Source of the DNA: Lingula anatina
Lineage: Eukaryota; Animalia; Brachiopoda
Length of the DNA stretch: 64,000 bases
Assembly: GCA_051362555.1 (NCBI GenBank)
Contig: CM120647.1
Location: forward strand, 9,858,001-9,922,000
Direction: 5' to 3'
Positions 1-10,958 of this stretch are shown here, piece after piece. Positions within the stretch are counted from its first letter, which is position 1, and every line of letters begins with the position of its first letter. The translations under genes were made by a program, and so were the position numbers. The notes below the pieces were generated by a model. The model was not told the origin of the DNA. It saw only the letters and a program-made list of their open reading frames with translations, and did not search any database.

Positions 1-788
1 AACTGAACTTTGCAAATTTTGCTTCCCTTTTATCTCCAAAACTGGCAGAGATAGGTCCATAGTCTCTATTGAACTTGAACAGGAAGTCATATACTGGCAA
101 TCTACATGTGACCTTAAAATTGACCTTTGACCTACTTTTCACCATGAACTGAACTTTGCAAATTTTGATTCCCTTTTATCTCCAAAACTGGCAGAGATAG
201 GTCCATAGTCTCTATTGAAGTTGAATAGGAAGTCATATACTGGCAATCTTAAAGTGACCTTAAAATTGACCTTTGACCTACTTTTCACCATGAACTGAAC
301 TTTGCATAGTTTGCTTCCCCTTTATCTCCAAAACTGGCAGAGATAGGTCCATAGTTACTATTGAACGTGAATAGGAAGTCATATACTGGCAATCTAAGTG
401 TGACCTTGAAATTGACCTTTGACCTACTTATTATCATGAACTGAACTCTGCTAATTTCTTTCTCTTTTAACTCCAAACCTGGCAGAGATAGGCCCATAGT
501 TACTATTGAAGTTGAATAGGAAGTCATATACTGGCAATTTACTGTGACCTTGGAATTGACCTTTGACCTACCTTGCGATGAACTTAACTTTGATTGTACC
601 ATTTTTAGTAACATATATATTTTTTGCATATTTTGAAAATTCTTGTTGATTGCATTTTTACAGCTTGTCAAGCACAAGACTGGTGGCTGTGTTCCTTATT
701 TTGTATATGTGGGGGTCTATATGAATGCGCTTGCTCCAGCTGGTGGTACAATATTCGGAGGCGGTATCGCCTCTCTGATCCTCTAGTT
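1..788 (+). mobile_element. 3' part of a non-autonomous Helentron-associated (HINE-like) element with ~146-bp internal tandem repeats
   Basis: Four ~146-bp units (starts 1, 147, 293, 439), each with GTGACCTT-AA-TTGACCTTTGACCT; the end has hairpin GAGGCG-gtat-CGCCTC and CTCTAGTT, typical of HINE 3' ends. Truncated by the window start. Confidence 0.65.
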
Positions 789-1616
789 TACGTTTAGAGG
801 TGGGTGGAGTAAACGCACATACAATGGAATCTTACATCTGAATACTAAAAAAAAGAAAAAAAAAAAAAGCACCATTTGCACTCTGTGCCGTAAGTCATAA
901 GTCTCTAGTAGGCCTCGGAAAGTAAGGAAACTCCAGACTTTCATTGGTGGTAATTTTAAGCAGCTGCCTTAAATACATTTGTTTTACAATTTTCTTTCAT
1001 ATCCTGTATGACAGGAGTTTTAAAGCATTTTCAAACATTGCCACAATGTCTTTAAAATATTCTTTAACAAAATATAATGCTAAATTTTCAATAAGGTAAA
1101 ATGACTTTTGACACCTGTGTACATCTACTGCAGGTGTCCAACATCTTGATACAGCTTGATTCTGTATTGTCATCTTTTTTCTCTAAATCTGTAAATTCCT
1201 TTTCTTTAAAACAAAAACAGCAAGTTGGTCTGTTTGTCAAATCAGAGCAGGAAAACAATAACTTCGTCTAGTTGGTGCTCAAACTGCACTCTGCACAAAC
1301 ATTAAGTTGATGTAAGTCCATCAGATTCTGCACTATTGACCAAGTGCTTCTTCATACTCAAGTTTATTGAGACCTTTTTTATCAGTCCTTCTAGACCTGC
1401 CATATTCAAGTCTATTTTTTTCTCATGTTGCACAGGCCTCAGTTCTAAAATGTTTCCAGACTAGACAACATTGAGATATTGTCAAATTTCAATTCAAGTC
1501 CGGTCATCTCCTGTTGAACAAGTGCTGCCTCATTAACAACACTCCCAAATAAAACACTATCAGTTCATTGAGACCTTCCAAATCATCAATCTCTCCAGAC
1601 CTAACACATTCAGGTC

Positions 1617-1776
1617 TTATCGATCCCTTTCCTGTTGCACTTGTGGCATTTCAACAACAATACTACCAGATACAACATCATAGACTGCCCTGCCGTGTTG
1701 AAAGAATAGAGCTGTTAAACAGAGAGGGAAGAAGAACGCCAGTGAGAAATTCTTCATAGAGGCTCGGATAAATGCA
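1617..1776 (-). CDS. FAM8A1: FAM8A1 exon 5 (last coding exon, RDD domain C-terminus)
   Basis: ttccag acceptor; AFIRASMKNFSLAFFFPLCLTALFFQHGRAVYDVVSGSIVV...stop resembles the FAM8A1 C-terminus (FFQHNRTAYDIVAGTIVV); phase matches exon 4. Confidence 0.9.
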
Positions 1777-2074
1777 CTGGAAAAATAAAAGATATCCATT
1801 TGTATTTATCTGCAATTTTATAGAGATTCTTATAAATGTACTACTCGTATTTGTATCCACATACGGGTCATTCCATCGAAAAGTAAATCTCCGAGTCACA
1901 TCAGTAACGTCCACGATTTGAATAATTCTGATTTACCCCAATACTTTTATTTATACTTTATATTACCCTCCACTGTGGAAGGATTATGCAAAAATTTCAC
2001 ACGCACACACACACACACATATACACACACACATTAACTTACTTTAAAAGCCCAATATTCCTGGCTGGGGTAAC

Positions 2075-2141
<67 letters not shown>

Positions 2142-2162
2142 TGCACACACACATTAACTTAC

Positions 2163-2314
2163 TTTAAAAGCCCAATATTCCTGGCTGGGGTAACCCTCAC
2201 TTTACCATCAGGTAGGTCCACAACGTCATCACAGGACACCACTTTCAGTCTCATCATTCTCTTCCCTGGGGACGCTGCCCCTCTGTTCCTTCTGCCACCA
2301 CGAAGACACATTGT
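2163..2314 (-). CDS. FAM8A1: FAM8A1 exon 4
   Basis: ttccag|ACA...AA|gtaag; TMCLRGGRRNRGAASPGKRMMRLKVVSCD carries the RDD G-x-(T/S)PGK-x3-L-x-VV motif. Confidence 0.9.
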
Positions 2315-2873
2315 CTGGAAAAAATATAAAAAATTAAGTAATTTTTTCTTCAATCAATAGCTTTATATTGAAATAGTTTACCTGCAATATTTAAATGTCT
2401 AACAGAGCATCTTCATCTATTCAGGAGATATACTTGCCCACCCCATTGCCTTAGGAATTCTTATAACATTACACAGCTGAGGAAACATAAAAGACTGCAA
2501 GGCTGGCAAATGCACAGACAAAGTGTAGTATCACCACAAAGACACATGGTCAGGAGAAATATTTAAAACATAGACAGAAAGGCTAACGGATATACAGACT
2601 AAGGGTAGTATCTCTACAAAGACACAATCTGGGAGAGAGTGCAAAAATACTCATAGACAACAAGGCTTGCAATTGTACAGAAAACATGTTGTGTCTCCAT
2701 GAATGCATACTGTTTCATAGAAAAATATTGTAACAATGGGATCTACAGAGGGTGTGACTGCACAATGAACATGAAAGAGAAAGAGAAAAATATTGTAATA
2801 ATGGGATCTACAGAAGGTGTTAACATTTTTAATATGAGAGAGACAGAAAGAGAATTTAGTTATAATAACTAAC

Positions 2874-3003
2874 CTCAAATAAGGTGATAGCTATCCTGTT
2901 TATTATTTCCATGACAACAATCTCTGATGTAATCTGCAGGGCTGTCTCATAATCAATTTCTGTGCGGCTTAGCAGGCTTTCTAAGTCATACTTTGGGTAG
3001 TTG
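2874..3003 (-). CDS. FAM8A1: FAM8A1 exon 3
   Basis: tttcag|C...GAG|gttagt; NYPKYDLESLLSRTEIDYETALQITSEIVVMEIINRIAITLFE; phases 2/0 consistent. Confidence 0.85.
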
Positions 3004-3253
3004 CTGAAATAAATATTAAAAATTATCAAAGTTTTGATAAAAAAAAACTAAAACCACAGGAGTCACAGTTTCAAATTCTTATTTATTATACAATGTTCAT
3101 TCAACTTATAAAAACCATAATGCACAACCAGTTTTTCTGAGCGGCAGATGCGAAGTCACAAGTAAGGAAAACAACTCCAGGGCAACTTTGTAAAATAAGG
3201 CAAATCCCTTTTATTTTTTATCTTGACAGAATAATCATTCATTAAAACCTTAC

Positions 3254-3368
3254 CTCAATTTGAACTGCTCAGCAACCATGAGTGTCAATGTAATTTTCAT
3301 CATAAAAAGAAGAACAAAGTCCAAAAATTCAGCTGTGACCCTCTTCCACAGCTGTGGTATTGTGTAGA
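3254..3368 (-). CDS. FAM8A1: FAM8A1 exon 2 (RDD domain start)
   Basis: tttttcag|TC...AG|gtaag; VYTIPQLWKRVTAEFLDFVLLFMMK carries the RDD R-x-x-A-x-x-x-D motif. Confidence 0.9.
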
Positions 3369-3634
3369 CTGAAAAAAATGATGAACAGAATGATAACAGT
3401 ATATGCCTATAAGCAGCTATTGCACAGTTGTAGGCAGTGGTAAAGTTCAGTTTGGTATCAGCTTTAATACAAAAAATTCCAGTTTATGCTGAAAAGGCCC
3501 AAGCATTACACTTTCAATTTCAGGTCAAATAAGTAAAGCAGGACATTAAAGTGATTTTTTAGTTTCTTAATTAATATATCTCTTTCTCCCATTTTCCTTT
3601 TCTCCCTTTCTCTCTGTGTGTACCTGCGTGCATG

Positions 3635-3693
<59 letters not shown>

Positions 3694-3707
3694 GGGGGGG
3701 GACCCAC

Positions 3708-4116
3708 CTTCACCAGCCTGTCCTTGGAAATTCTGTTGTGCCGGCTGTTCTCTAGCCTGCTGTTGAGGGGCAGCAGCAGCAAACGGTGGAGGCGGCTGTT
3801 GTGATAAATTGCCACTGACTCCATTCATTGTTTGTTGTTGTTGCTGCTGCGCCTGGTAAGCTGCCATTACGGCGTTCATGCTTGATAACATTTGGACCTG
3901 CTGTGCCATCGTCGCCGCAGAACTGAGTGAATACTGGCAATTCAACCACTCTCTCACCGCCGTTACGTATTCTGTGGCCGTCTTACATGGCGTTATAGAG
4001 TATACAGGATAAGATGCACCCGTAAATCCTGGCATTCCGCTGGGAAATCCTGTCTCTGGGGCGTTTGGAGACATATTTTCGCCTGTTCGGCGATTCCTTA
4101 TGTTTTCGTCTGCCAT
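3708..4116 (-). CDS. FAM8A1: FAM8A1 exon 1
   Basis: ATG at 4116 (MADENIRNR...TATEYVTAVREWL...Q/P-rich), donor G|gtgggt; 409 nt, phase 1 joins exon 2. Total CDS 966 nt (~321 aa). Confidence 0.8.
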
Positions 4117-4800
4117 ATTGTTTCCGCACAGCTTCGAAATGAAGATTGGAAACCTCCATCGGTAAAGAAGCAATAATGTTTTGATAAAAAATAGTAATAT
4201 GATATTCCATCCAATATATGTCAACTATTTAATATTTTCTTCAAAAATGAACATATCTTCAAATATCATATCTTATTCACATCTACAGTGATTGTGTTGC
4301 TCCGCCTTTCGGTTTGATGCTCGGTTTTGACTTTAACTAGGTCGATTAGTCACATGAATCCGTAAACACAGGGATCGGAAGATCGCACATAGAAATAATA
4401 TGGTAATTATGCGGTTATGCATGGGTCTTGTTTAAATCGTAGTGGTACATCGTAAACTATTTTTGTTACAGGTTTCAGATGCTGTTAGGTTAAATGGTTA
4501 AATAGGGACATTCATTTATCAATTATGAAGTCTAAATACAGTCGATTTACTGACGTGACTTGTCACTTGGTAAGTCAATAACAGACAAATGAGTTTTGTA
4601 AACGTCAAATCTAAAGGAAGATAAATATACATTACTGTTGTGCATTATTTATTTCAAGGAAAATACTTATTAACTGAGCTATCTATTGAGCTTTGCTCAT
4701 GTGTTGTTTATGAAGGACATGACAGTGCATGTGACCAATCTTGAAAAACTTTGAACCTTTAAACTGATATATCACATGATTGATTAAAAAAGGGAAGTAC
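4117..4800. promoter_or_regulatory. Putative bidirectional promoter / 5' region of FAM8A1 and SMPD1
   Basis: Head-to-head genes with ATGs ~1.2 kb apart; CpG-richer than the gene bodies; GTCACATGA 4349, TGACGTGAC 4551, TCATGTG 4697, CATGTGAC 4728, TCACATGA 4772; possible non-coding SMPD1 exon ~4472-4569 (acag|...|gtaagt). Confidence 0.55.
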
Positions 4801-5311
4801 ATGTCAACACAAAGCTCTTTGCTCATTGTGGAACATGTTTGTAGCCTTGAGTGCAAGCTGTGTAGAATAATAATGTTGCATATATGTAACCTAAGTTCAT
4901 TATTTTCTTTGAAGAAAAATATCGTGAATAATTAGCAGCTGCACTTTTAGTTACATATTAGTATTTATACTTTTAATGCCTGCTCTGTGTGTGCTCACAT
5001 ATGGTAGATATAAAAATATGATAGATATCAAAAACATGCCAACATATGGTAGACATCAAGATTCATAAATAAAAATGCTAACACATGAAGTTTTTCCTGC
5101 AATAATAATAATAATAATAATAATGCTTCTGATTTTTATTTCATATTGTTTTATCCCCCCTCTTCAAAACTGAAACTGAGAAGGCAGCAGAATGATTACA
5201 GCAGGAAAGTGACCGACTCAATGACTCAGTGAATGACTTCCTGGTTGCTGACACACATTAAAAAGAAATAGAAGACATACCTGAGTTCTTGTTTATAAAT
5301 CAAAGGCAAAA

Positions 5312-5794
5312 ATGGACACACCACTTATAAAGTTTGGGTCATATTGCACCCTGGTGCTTTTACTAATACTATGCACTCTACGAAGTGATGGAAAACCTAT
5401 GCAACTTGCAGCTGAATTCAAAACATTACAGGAAATGGGGAATGCAAATCATTTGGACATTCCAAGAATTCATCAGCAAAACATTCACAAAATGAGGCAG
5501 CAACATGGCATTGAACAGGAACATAAAGTTGCAGACAATCGTGTACCAGGAAGCATTCTCAAAAAGTTACATATGCCTGGCATTATTTCGTTTTTCCTAA
5601 AACATCTTGAGGAGTACGTATTTGGTGGCACTGACTTGAAGTGTGATGCGTGTAAGGTGGGAGTTAGCGTGGTTCAAGTGATGTTTGCGACAAACAAATC
5701 AGAGACGGAAATAGTCAGTGTTTTGATTGAGCTGTGCATCAAGTTCAAGATAGAAACTGAAAAAGTCTGCAGAAGTGTTATACCAGAATTCAAG
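5312..5794 (+). CDS. SMPD1: Acid sphingomyelinase coding exon 1 (signal peptide, saposin-like domain start)
   Basis: aaaATG; hydrophobic signal; saposin cysteines CDACK...LCIKFKIETEKVCRSVIPEFK|gtaact. Confidence 0.9.
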
Positions 5795-5990
5795 GTAACT
5801 AAAACTGTAAACAAACACTTGGTAATTATTATTTCTCGTGGAAATGTAGCTGTGAAATCAATAGTTGCGTTAGAGAAGATGTTTGTAAATTTGTGCTTAA
5901 GAACCCATTTCTAAGATTGTGTGAGAGAAGCAGTTTCTAAGATTGTGTTTAAGAAGACATGTCACATATTTCACTTTCGTTTAATTCCAG

Positions 5991-6155
5991 AACGAAGTGT
6001 TAACAGTCATAGACAAAGTTGCACTCAGCCCTAAAGAGATATGTGGCCTCGTCTTAGGAGGGAGTTGTGCCACACCCTTTGACCCCCTAGCTAACTGGAC
6101 TGTTCCATTACCTGACACCCCTAAACCACCAGTGGTACAGCCCAGAGACCCCCAG
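5991..6155 (+). CDS. SMPD1: SMPD1 exon 2 (saposin end, Pro-rich linker)
   Basis: ttccag|NEVLTVIDKVALSPKEICGLVLGGSC...NWTVPLPDTPKPP...|gtgagt. Confidence 0.92.
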
Positions 6156-6541
6156 GTGAGTTGAGTTAGCTACAATATACTACACCATATATCACTCATT
6201 TTGTGCTCCTGGCCGATATAATAGTCAGTTTTATCAGATTTGTTAAATAACAAATTTATATATTTTTGTGATGCTTCATTTGTTTTTATCTATTTGTTTA
6301 ACATATTATTGCCCTCTCCCATATTTTATGTAGATTAAAAAAAAACAAAAAACAAAACAAATAAATAAAGAAAGAAAAGGAAAACAAATTAGGGAAAATG
6401 GTGTTCTTTTATTGTATGTTGATGATTAAGAAGATTTGTTCTGTTCTTTTATGCTGATTAAGTTTGATGTATATTTGTCTTATTATATTGCTTAGCATTA
6501 GTTATATAGACAATATACTGATATGTATCTTACTTTTTCAG

Positions 6542-6659
6542 CCTGGTGCTCCTAAACTGCGAGTTCTTCAGCTGTCAGACATTCATTTTGATCCTCAGTA
6601 TATGCATAAAGGGAACGCTGACTGCGATGAACCACTATGTTGTAGAAAAAATAGTGTAG
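6542..6659 (+). CDS. SMPD1: SMPD1 exon 3
   Basis: LRVLQLSDIHFDPQY...ADCDEPLCCR, metallophosphoesterase DxH motif; |gtaagt. Confidence 0.93.
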
Positions 6660-6971
6660 GTAAGTTTCTAGGTCAGGGTTGGCATCTGTAAGTGAGCATG
6701 TTTGTCAAGGACAAGGTTGATGAATACAGGTCAAGGTTAGTTTTAAAATCATGACCTTTGTCATAATTTTTCAGCAAATAAACATCACTGTTTTATAATG
6801 TTACATATTTAGCAATTTAAAAATTTAGGAAAAGTTTAACTGTGAATGCACTATAAGCCTCTAAAAAAATGAAAAACAAAATGATAATGTGTGGTAAATG
6901 TTTTAATGTAGTGTTGCCAGTCAAAAATTTACCTGTAATTATTCATTTATTTATGTATTAATTATTTTAAG

Positions 6972-7072
6972 GGAAGAAGTTCCGTCCAGCTGGTTTCTGG
7001 GGTGACTATAATAACTGTGATACTCCACTTTGGACACTGGAGAACATGTTCAAACATTTGACAAATCAGAAA
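6972..7072 (+). CDS. SMPD1: SMPD1 exon 4
   Basis: AGFWGDYNNCDTPLWTLENMFKHL; taag| and |gtatgt, phases consistent. Confidence 0.9.
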
Positions 7073-7467
7073 GTATGTCACTTCTTTTTATCACGTTATG
7101 TTTCCTATAAAATGGACGTTATGTTTTATAATCAGGGTTTATTGTGCATGGTCTATAAATACTGAGGTTCTCCTGTTAAAATTGTCATTTTTTAGTCATT
7201 GAGATGAGTTACAGTTAAGGAAAAAAAGTATAATGTGCAAAAAAATATGGGATTACTAAGTTAATGTGTTTTGAAATTTAAGAGAAATTGCAGTACATCA
7301 CTTCCAGTTTGAAATATTGGATTGCTTTTGGTATTTGAAATGTAAGAGTAATTACAGTACATCCACTTCCAGTTTGACTACATCTTGTGGACGGGGGACC
7401 TCCCACCCCATGAAGTTAGGGTGTTTGAAATTTGAAAGTAATTACAGTACATCACTTTCACTTTCAG

Positions 7468-7637
7468 TTTGACTACATCTTGTGGACAGGGGACCTCCCT
7501 CCCCATGATGTGTGGAACCAGTCCAGGGCTGACCAGGTCAGTAAGCTGGACATCATACAGAGACTGTTCCTGAAGTATTTCCCTGACACACCTGTGTTTC
7601 CAGCCCTGGGAAACCATGAGAGCTCCCCTGTGAATAG
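7468..7637 (+). CDS. SMPD1: SMPD1 exon 5
   Basis: FDYILWTGDLPPHDVWNQ...PALGNHESSPVN; metal-binding GD and GNHE motifs. Confidence 0.93.
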
Positions 7638-7968
7638 GTAAGGAGGGTTTGTCCATCTTTCTGTTGTCTGTCTGTCTATTTTTGAACTTCTTTGGTTTAC
7701 TGTCTTGTCATATTTCTTTCTTTTTAATTTATTTTTATCACTCACGATTTTGTAAGTTCTGTTTTCTTTTCAGTCGTAGCTTTTTCAAATTCTCTGTCCA
7801 TCGGGCTATTCAAATACTCATCTGTCTTTTACTTAACAATGCTGTTGAACCGTGGTCAAGAACAATAAAGATGCAAGTCCAAATAACATTGAATGGTGAG
7901 CACAAATAAAGTTATTTGAAATAAAATAAAACTGTTCAAAATCTGATATAAATAACCTGTGCTTTCAG

Positions 7969-8079
7969 TTTCCCTCCACCTTTTATCACTGGGAACAACT
8001 CGATTCACTGGTTGTATGGGGAACTGGCTAAAACATGGTCTGCTTGGCTTCCAGCAGATACCATGGCCAATATAAACAA
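7969..8079 (+). CDS. SMPD1: SMPD1 exon 6
   Basis: SFPPPFITGNNSIHWLYGELAKTWSAWLP; tttcag|, |gtatgt. Confidence 0.92.
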
Positions 8080-8602
8080 GTATGTGTGTTTGGATCTTTT
8101 TGTTGTTATGTCAAACTGTGCACCTAAAGCATACTGCCTTCAATTTAATGGGAAGAAATGTTGTTTTTTATATGCAGCATTGTAGGTTAATTTTTGTCTT
8201 TCTACAAAACATGATAAAAAATAATAAAGTTAAAAGAAATTTAAGAAGTTTTATTTAAAATAATTAAAAATTATATTACTGGAAGTTGAGAATAGACCAA
8301 AGGGAGAGCTGTGGTGTATACTGCTACCTTTCTATCAAAATCTAAGGGACTGTTTTCAGAATTAGTAATGTCAACCTAGCTAATGAGCACAAACTCTGCG
8401 GGACTCATGCTGAATCATGAATGCGATCTTTGAGTAGAATACAGAAATGCTGGTGAATTTACAAACAGTTTGGTAACAAAAGGAGGCAAGTTAGTCTGTT
8501 AATCTGATTGCATTCAGCAAGAGTTACCCATGTAGTTAATGTGCATGAGCCACCTCACTCATTCTGAATGGCCCCTTTTGTAATTCTTGTCCATTTCACT
8601 AG

Positions 8603-8771
8603 AGGGGGCTACTTCACCTTGTTGATCAAGAAAGGCCTGCGTCTAGTCTCCATGAACATGAATTACTGCAATACTGGGAACCTGTGGCTGTATTTGAATA
8701 TGACCGACCCTGCCGGGGAGCTGGAGTGGCTGATGCAGGTGCTACAGGCGGCTGAGGATAAGAAAGAAAAG
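8603..8771 (+). CDS. SMPD1: SMPD1 exon 7
   Basis: GGYFT...GLRLVSMNMNYC...DPAGELEWL...AAEDKKEK|gtaat. Confidence 0.93.
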
Positions 8772-8906
8772 GTAATCTTTTATGGTAGGATAATTGTCCT
8801 TTCTATGACTCCCTCAACACAGCCAAGATCTTTAAAAAATTTTTAAAATCTCAAGTGATTTTTTACATAACGTCCTTCACTGTGTTCTCTCTCTCTCTCT
8901 CTCTCT

Positions 8907-8954
<48 letters not shown>

Positions 8955-9036
8955 TAAACACTGACACTTTGTAATTCGATTTTTGAAGTTAAATTACTGC
9001 TAGTATATAATGATAATCTAAGTCCAAACGTTTTAG

Positions 9037-9119
9037 GTCCATATCATAGGACACATACCACCAGGGACAGAATCCTGTCTCAAAGCATGGAGCTGGAATT
9101 ATTATAGGATTATTAATAG
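9037..9119 (+). CDS. SMPD1: SMPD1 exon 8
   Basis: [10 protein letters not shown]...[10 protein letters not shown]; ttttag|, |gtttgt. Confidence 0.92.
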
Positions 9120-9419
9120 GTTTGTTCTACCCTGCCTTTGTTTTTCTCCTTCAGCTTTTTACACATTTACATAATACCTATTCTTTACTCATTTCTATAC
9201 CTCTTACATTATTGTTGCAGTTCTTTAAATGTATAGGTTTACTGTTAATTATAATATTTACTGTTGAATAACACCTGTAAATATTTAAAAAATTTATGCT
9301 AACAAGTAGTGTGTCCTGTAAGGTTAATTATGCAAAATTTCCTCGCTTCAAATAAGCTGATACTTATCTCATTCAACATTATCTTACTTTCCATTTCATC
9401 TAACCTAACACAATTTCAG

Positions 9420-9612
9420 ATATGAAAGCACAGTTGTGGCACAATTCTTCGGTCACACCCACAAGGACAGCTTCGAGCTGTTCTATGACCTGGAAGACAA
9501 AAGGCGTACCACAAACATGGCATATGTGAGTCCAAGTGTGACAACATACAGTTTTATCAACCCAGGGTATAGAGTCTATGAGATTGATGGGGAGTATGAG
9601 AATACATCATGG
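9420..9612 (+). CDS. SMPD1: SMPD1 exon 9
   Basis: YESTVVAQFFGHTHKDSF...PSVTTYSFINPGYRVYEIDG; GHTH motif. Confidence 0.93.
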
Positions 9613-9691
9613 GTAAGAGAAGTTATTGTGTTGTGTCAGGGACTTTGATCTCTGCAAATTAACCAGGGGAACTTTTACATTCTAGACTTAT

Positions 9692-9727
<36 letters not shown>

Positions 9728-9931
9728 ATGTAATTTTCATTACATCATCAAAATAACTGAGGTTACTTAAAGAGAAGAACCATGAAATAAATTTTTATTT
9801 TTTGTCAGTTAAATGTTTTGGATCATTTTTTATACATCTATGAAATAAGCATATTTGTTTGATGTGTCCAAGTCTCATGTTTAACTTTAAGAGTTCATCT
9901 TGATTTATAATCTGTCACCTGTATATTGCAG

Positions 9932-10021
9932 ACTGTGCTGGACCATAGCACTTACATACTCAATCTGACAGAAGCCAATCTCTCCAACAAAACCCACTGG
10001 GATCTAGAATACTCAGCAAAG
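9932..10021 (+). CDS. SMPD1: SMPD1 exon 10
   Basis: TVLDHSTYILNLTEAN...WDLEYSAK|gtgagt. Confidence 0.92.
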
Positions 10022-10335
10022 GTGAGTCATCTCTACTGGGTTATTGACTAAATAATAATAATAATAATGATAATACTAATAATAATAAACATATAAGACG
10101 TAAAAGTTTTTCCAAGTACAACAATAGTTGATAATTGTTGCATAGTTGGATTCTTATATTCAGGATTCTTATATTCAAAATCAATATTTAATTCAATCAA
10201 TTTATCATATTCCTATAAAGTGAATGCTCCACACCATGCTTCTGTCACTGCTTGTTTTCTACCAATATATTCAAAGAGAAAATTGTCAAAGAGGGAAAGT
10301 CAGTAAAGTGAGCACCTGTATTCTTTCCATTCCAG

Positions 10336-10430
10336 GCAGCTTATGGTCTCCCTAATTTATTACCATCTTCATGGAACAAATTCGTGTCTAAGATGACAAC
10401 AAATGACACATTATTTCAAGTGTACTACAG
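10336..10430 (+). CDS. SMPD1: SMPD1 exon 11
   Basis: AAYGLPNLLPSSWNKFVSKMTTNDTLFQVYY; ttccag|, |gtaaag. Confidence 0.92.
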
Positions 10431-10798
10431 GTAAAGCATAGCTGCAGTGCAGACTTTGCACCATCAGTACTGTGGACTGTTATGAACAGTGTGATATATA
10501 TTCCCAATTGAGGGGGGGGCTATGACTGGTAGAGTTAAAGAGTCAGGATATTTTTGTTACAGCAGGTGTTGTTCACATCAGACCTAAATTAAACTGTGTA
10601 TACTTGGATAATGCTTTCACACTAAAATTTTGTATAAACAATGGCAGTAAGATCCAGGCACATTTTACATTTAAGTTCAGACATAAGGATGAGTGGCAAT
10701 TTTTTATTTTCATCAGTTGTTTATATTTTTTTTTTTACCAATAATGAATGGTCACTAAAAATGTTCGGGTCTGGTAAGAAAGAACATTTTTCTTCCAG

Positions 10799-10958
10799 AT
10801 ATTACTACAAGTCTGCCCCAGGACATCCTCCCTGCACAGGAAATTGTAAGGCAGCCATGTTATGTGATCTCAAGACAGGCCGGTCTTACGACCAAACATT
10901 TTGTCATCCAGAAGAGATCCTTGCAAAAGCAGTCCACAAGGAAGTTCCACTTTGTTAA
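10799..10958 (+). CDS. SMPD1: SMPD1 exon 12 (last coding exon)
   Basis: YYYKSAPGHPPCTGNCKAAMLCDL...KEVPLC-TAA; total CDS 1938 nt (~645 aa). Confidence 0.9.

Noticed and set aside
285-677. 130-aa minus-strand ORF
   Set aside because: Translation of the 146-bp tandem repeat.
4117-4224. N-terminal extension of the FAM8A1 ORF (MTYIGW...)
   Set aside because: Starts at a non-ATG codon; the first in-frame ATG is at 4116.
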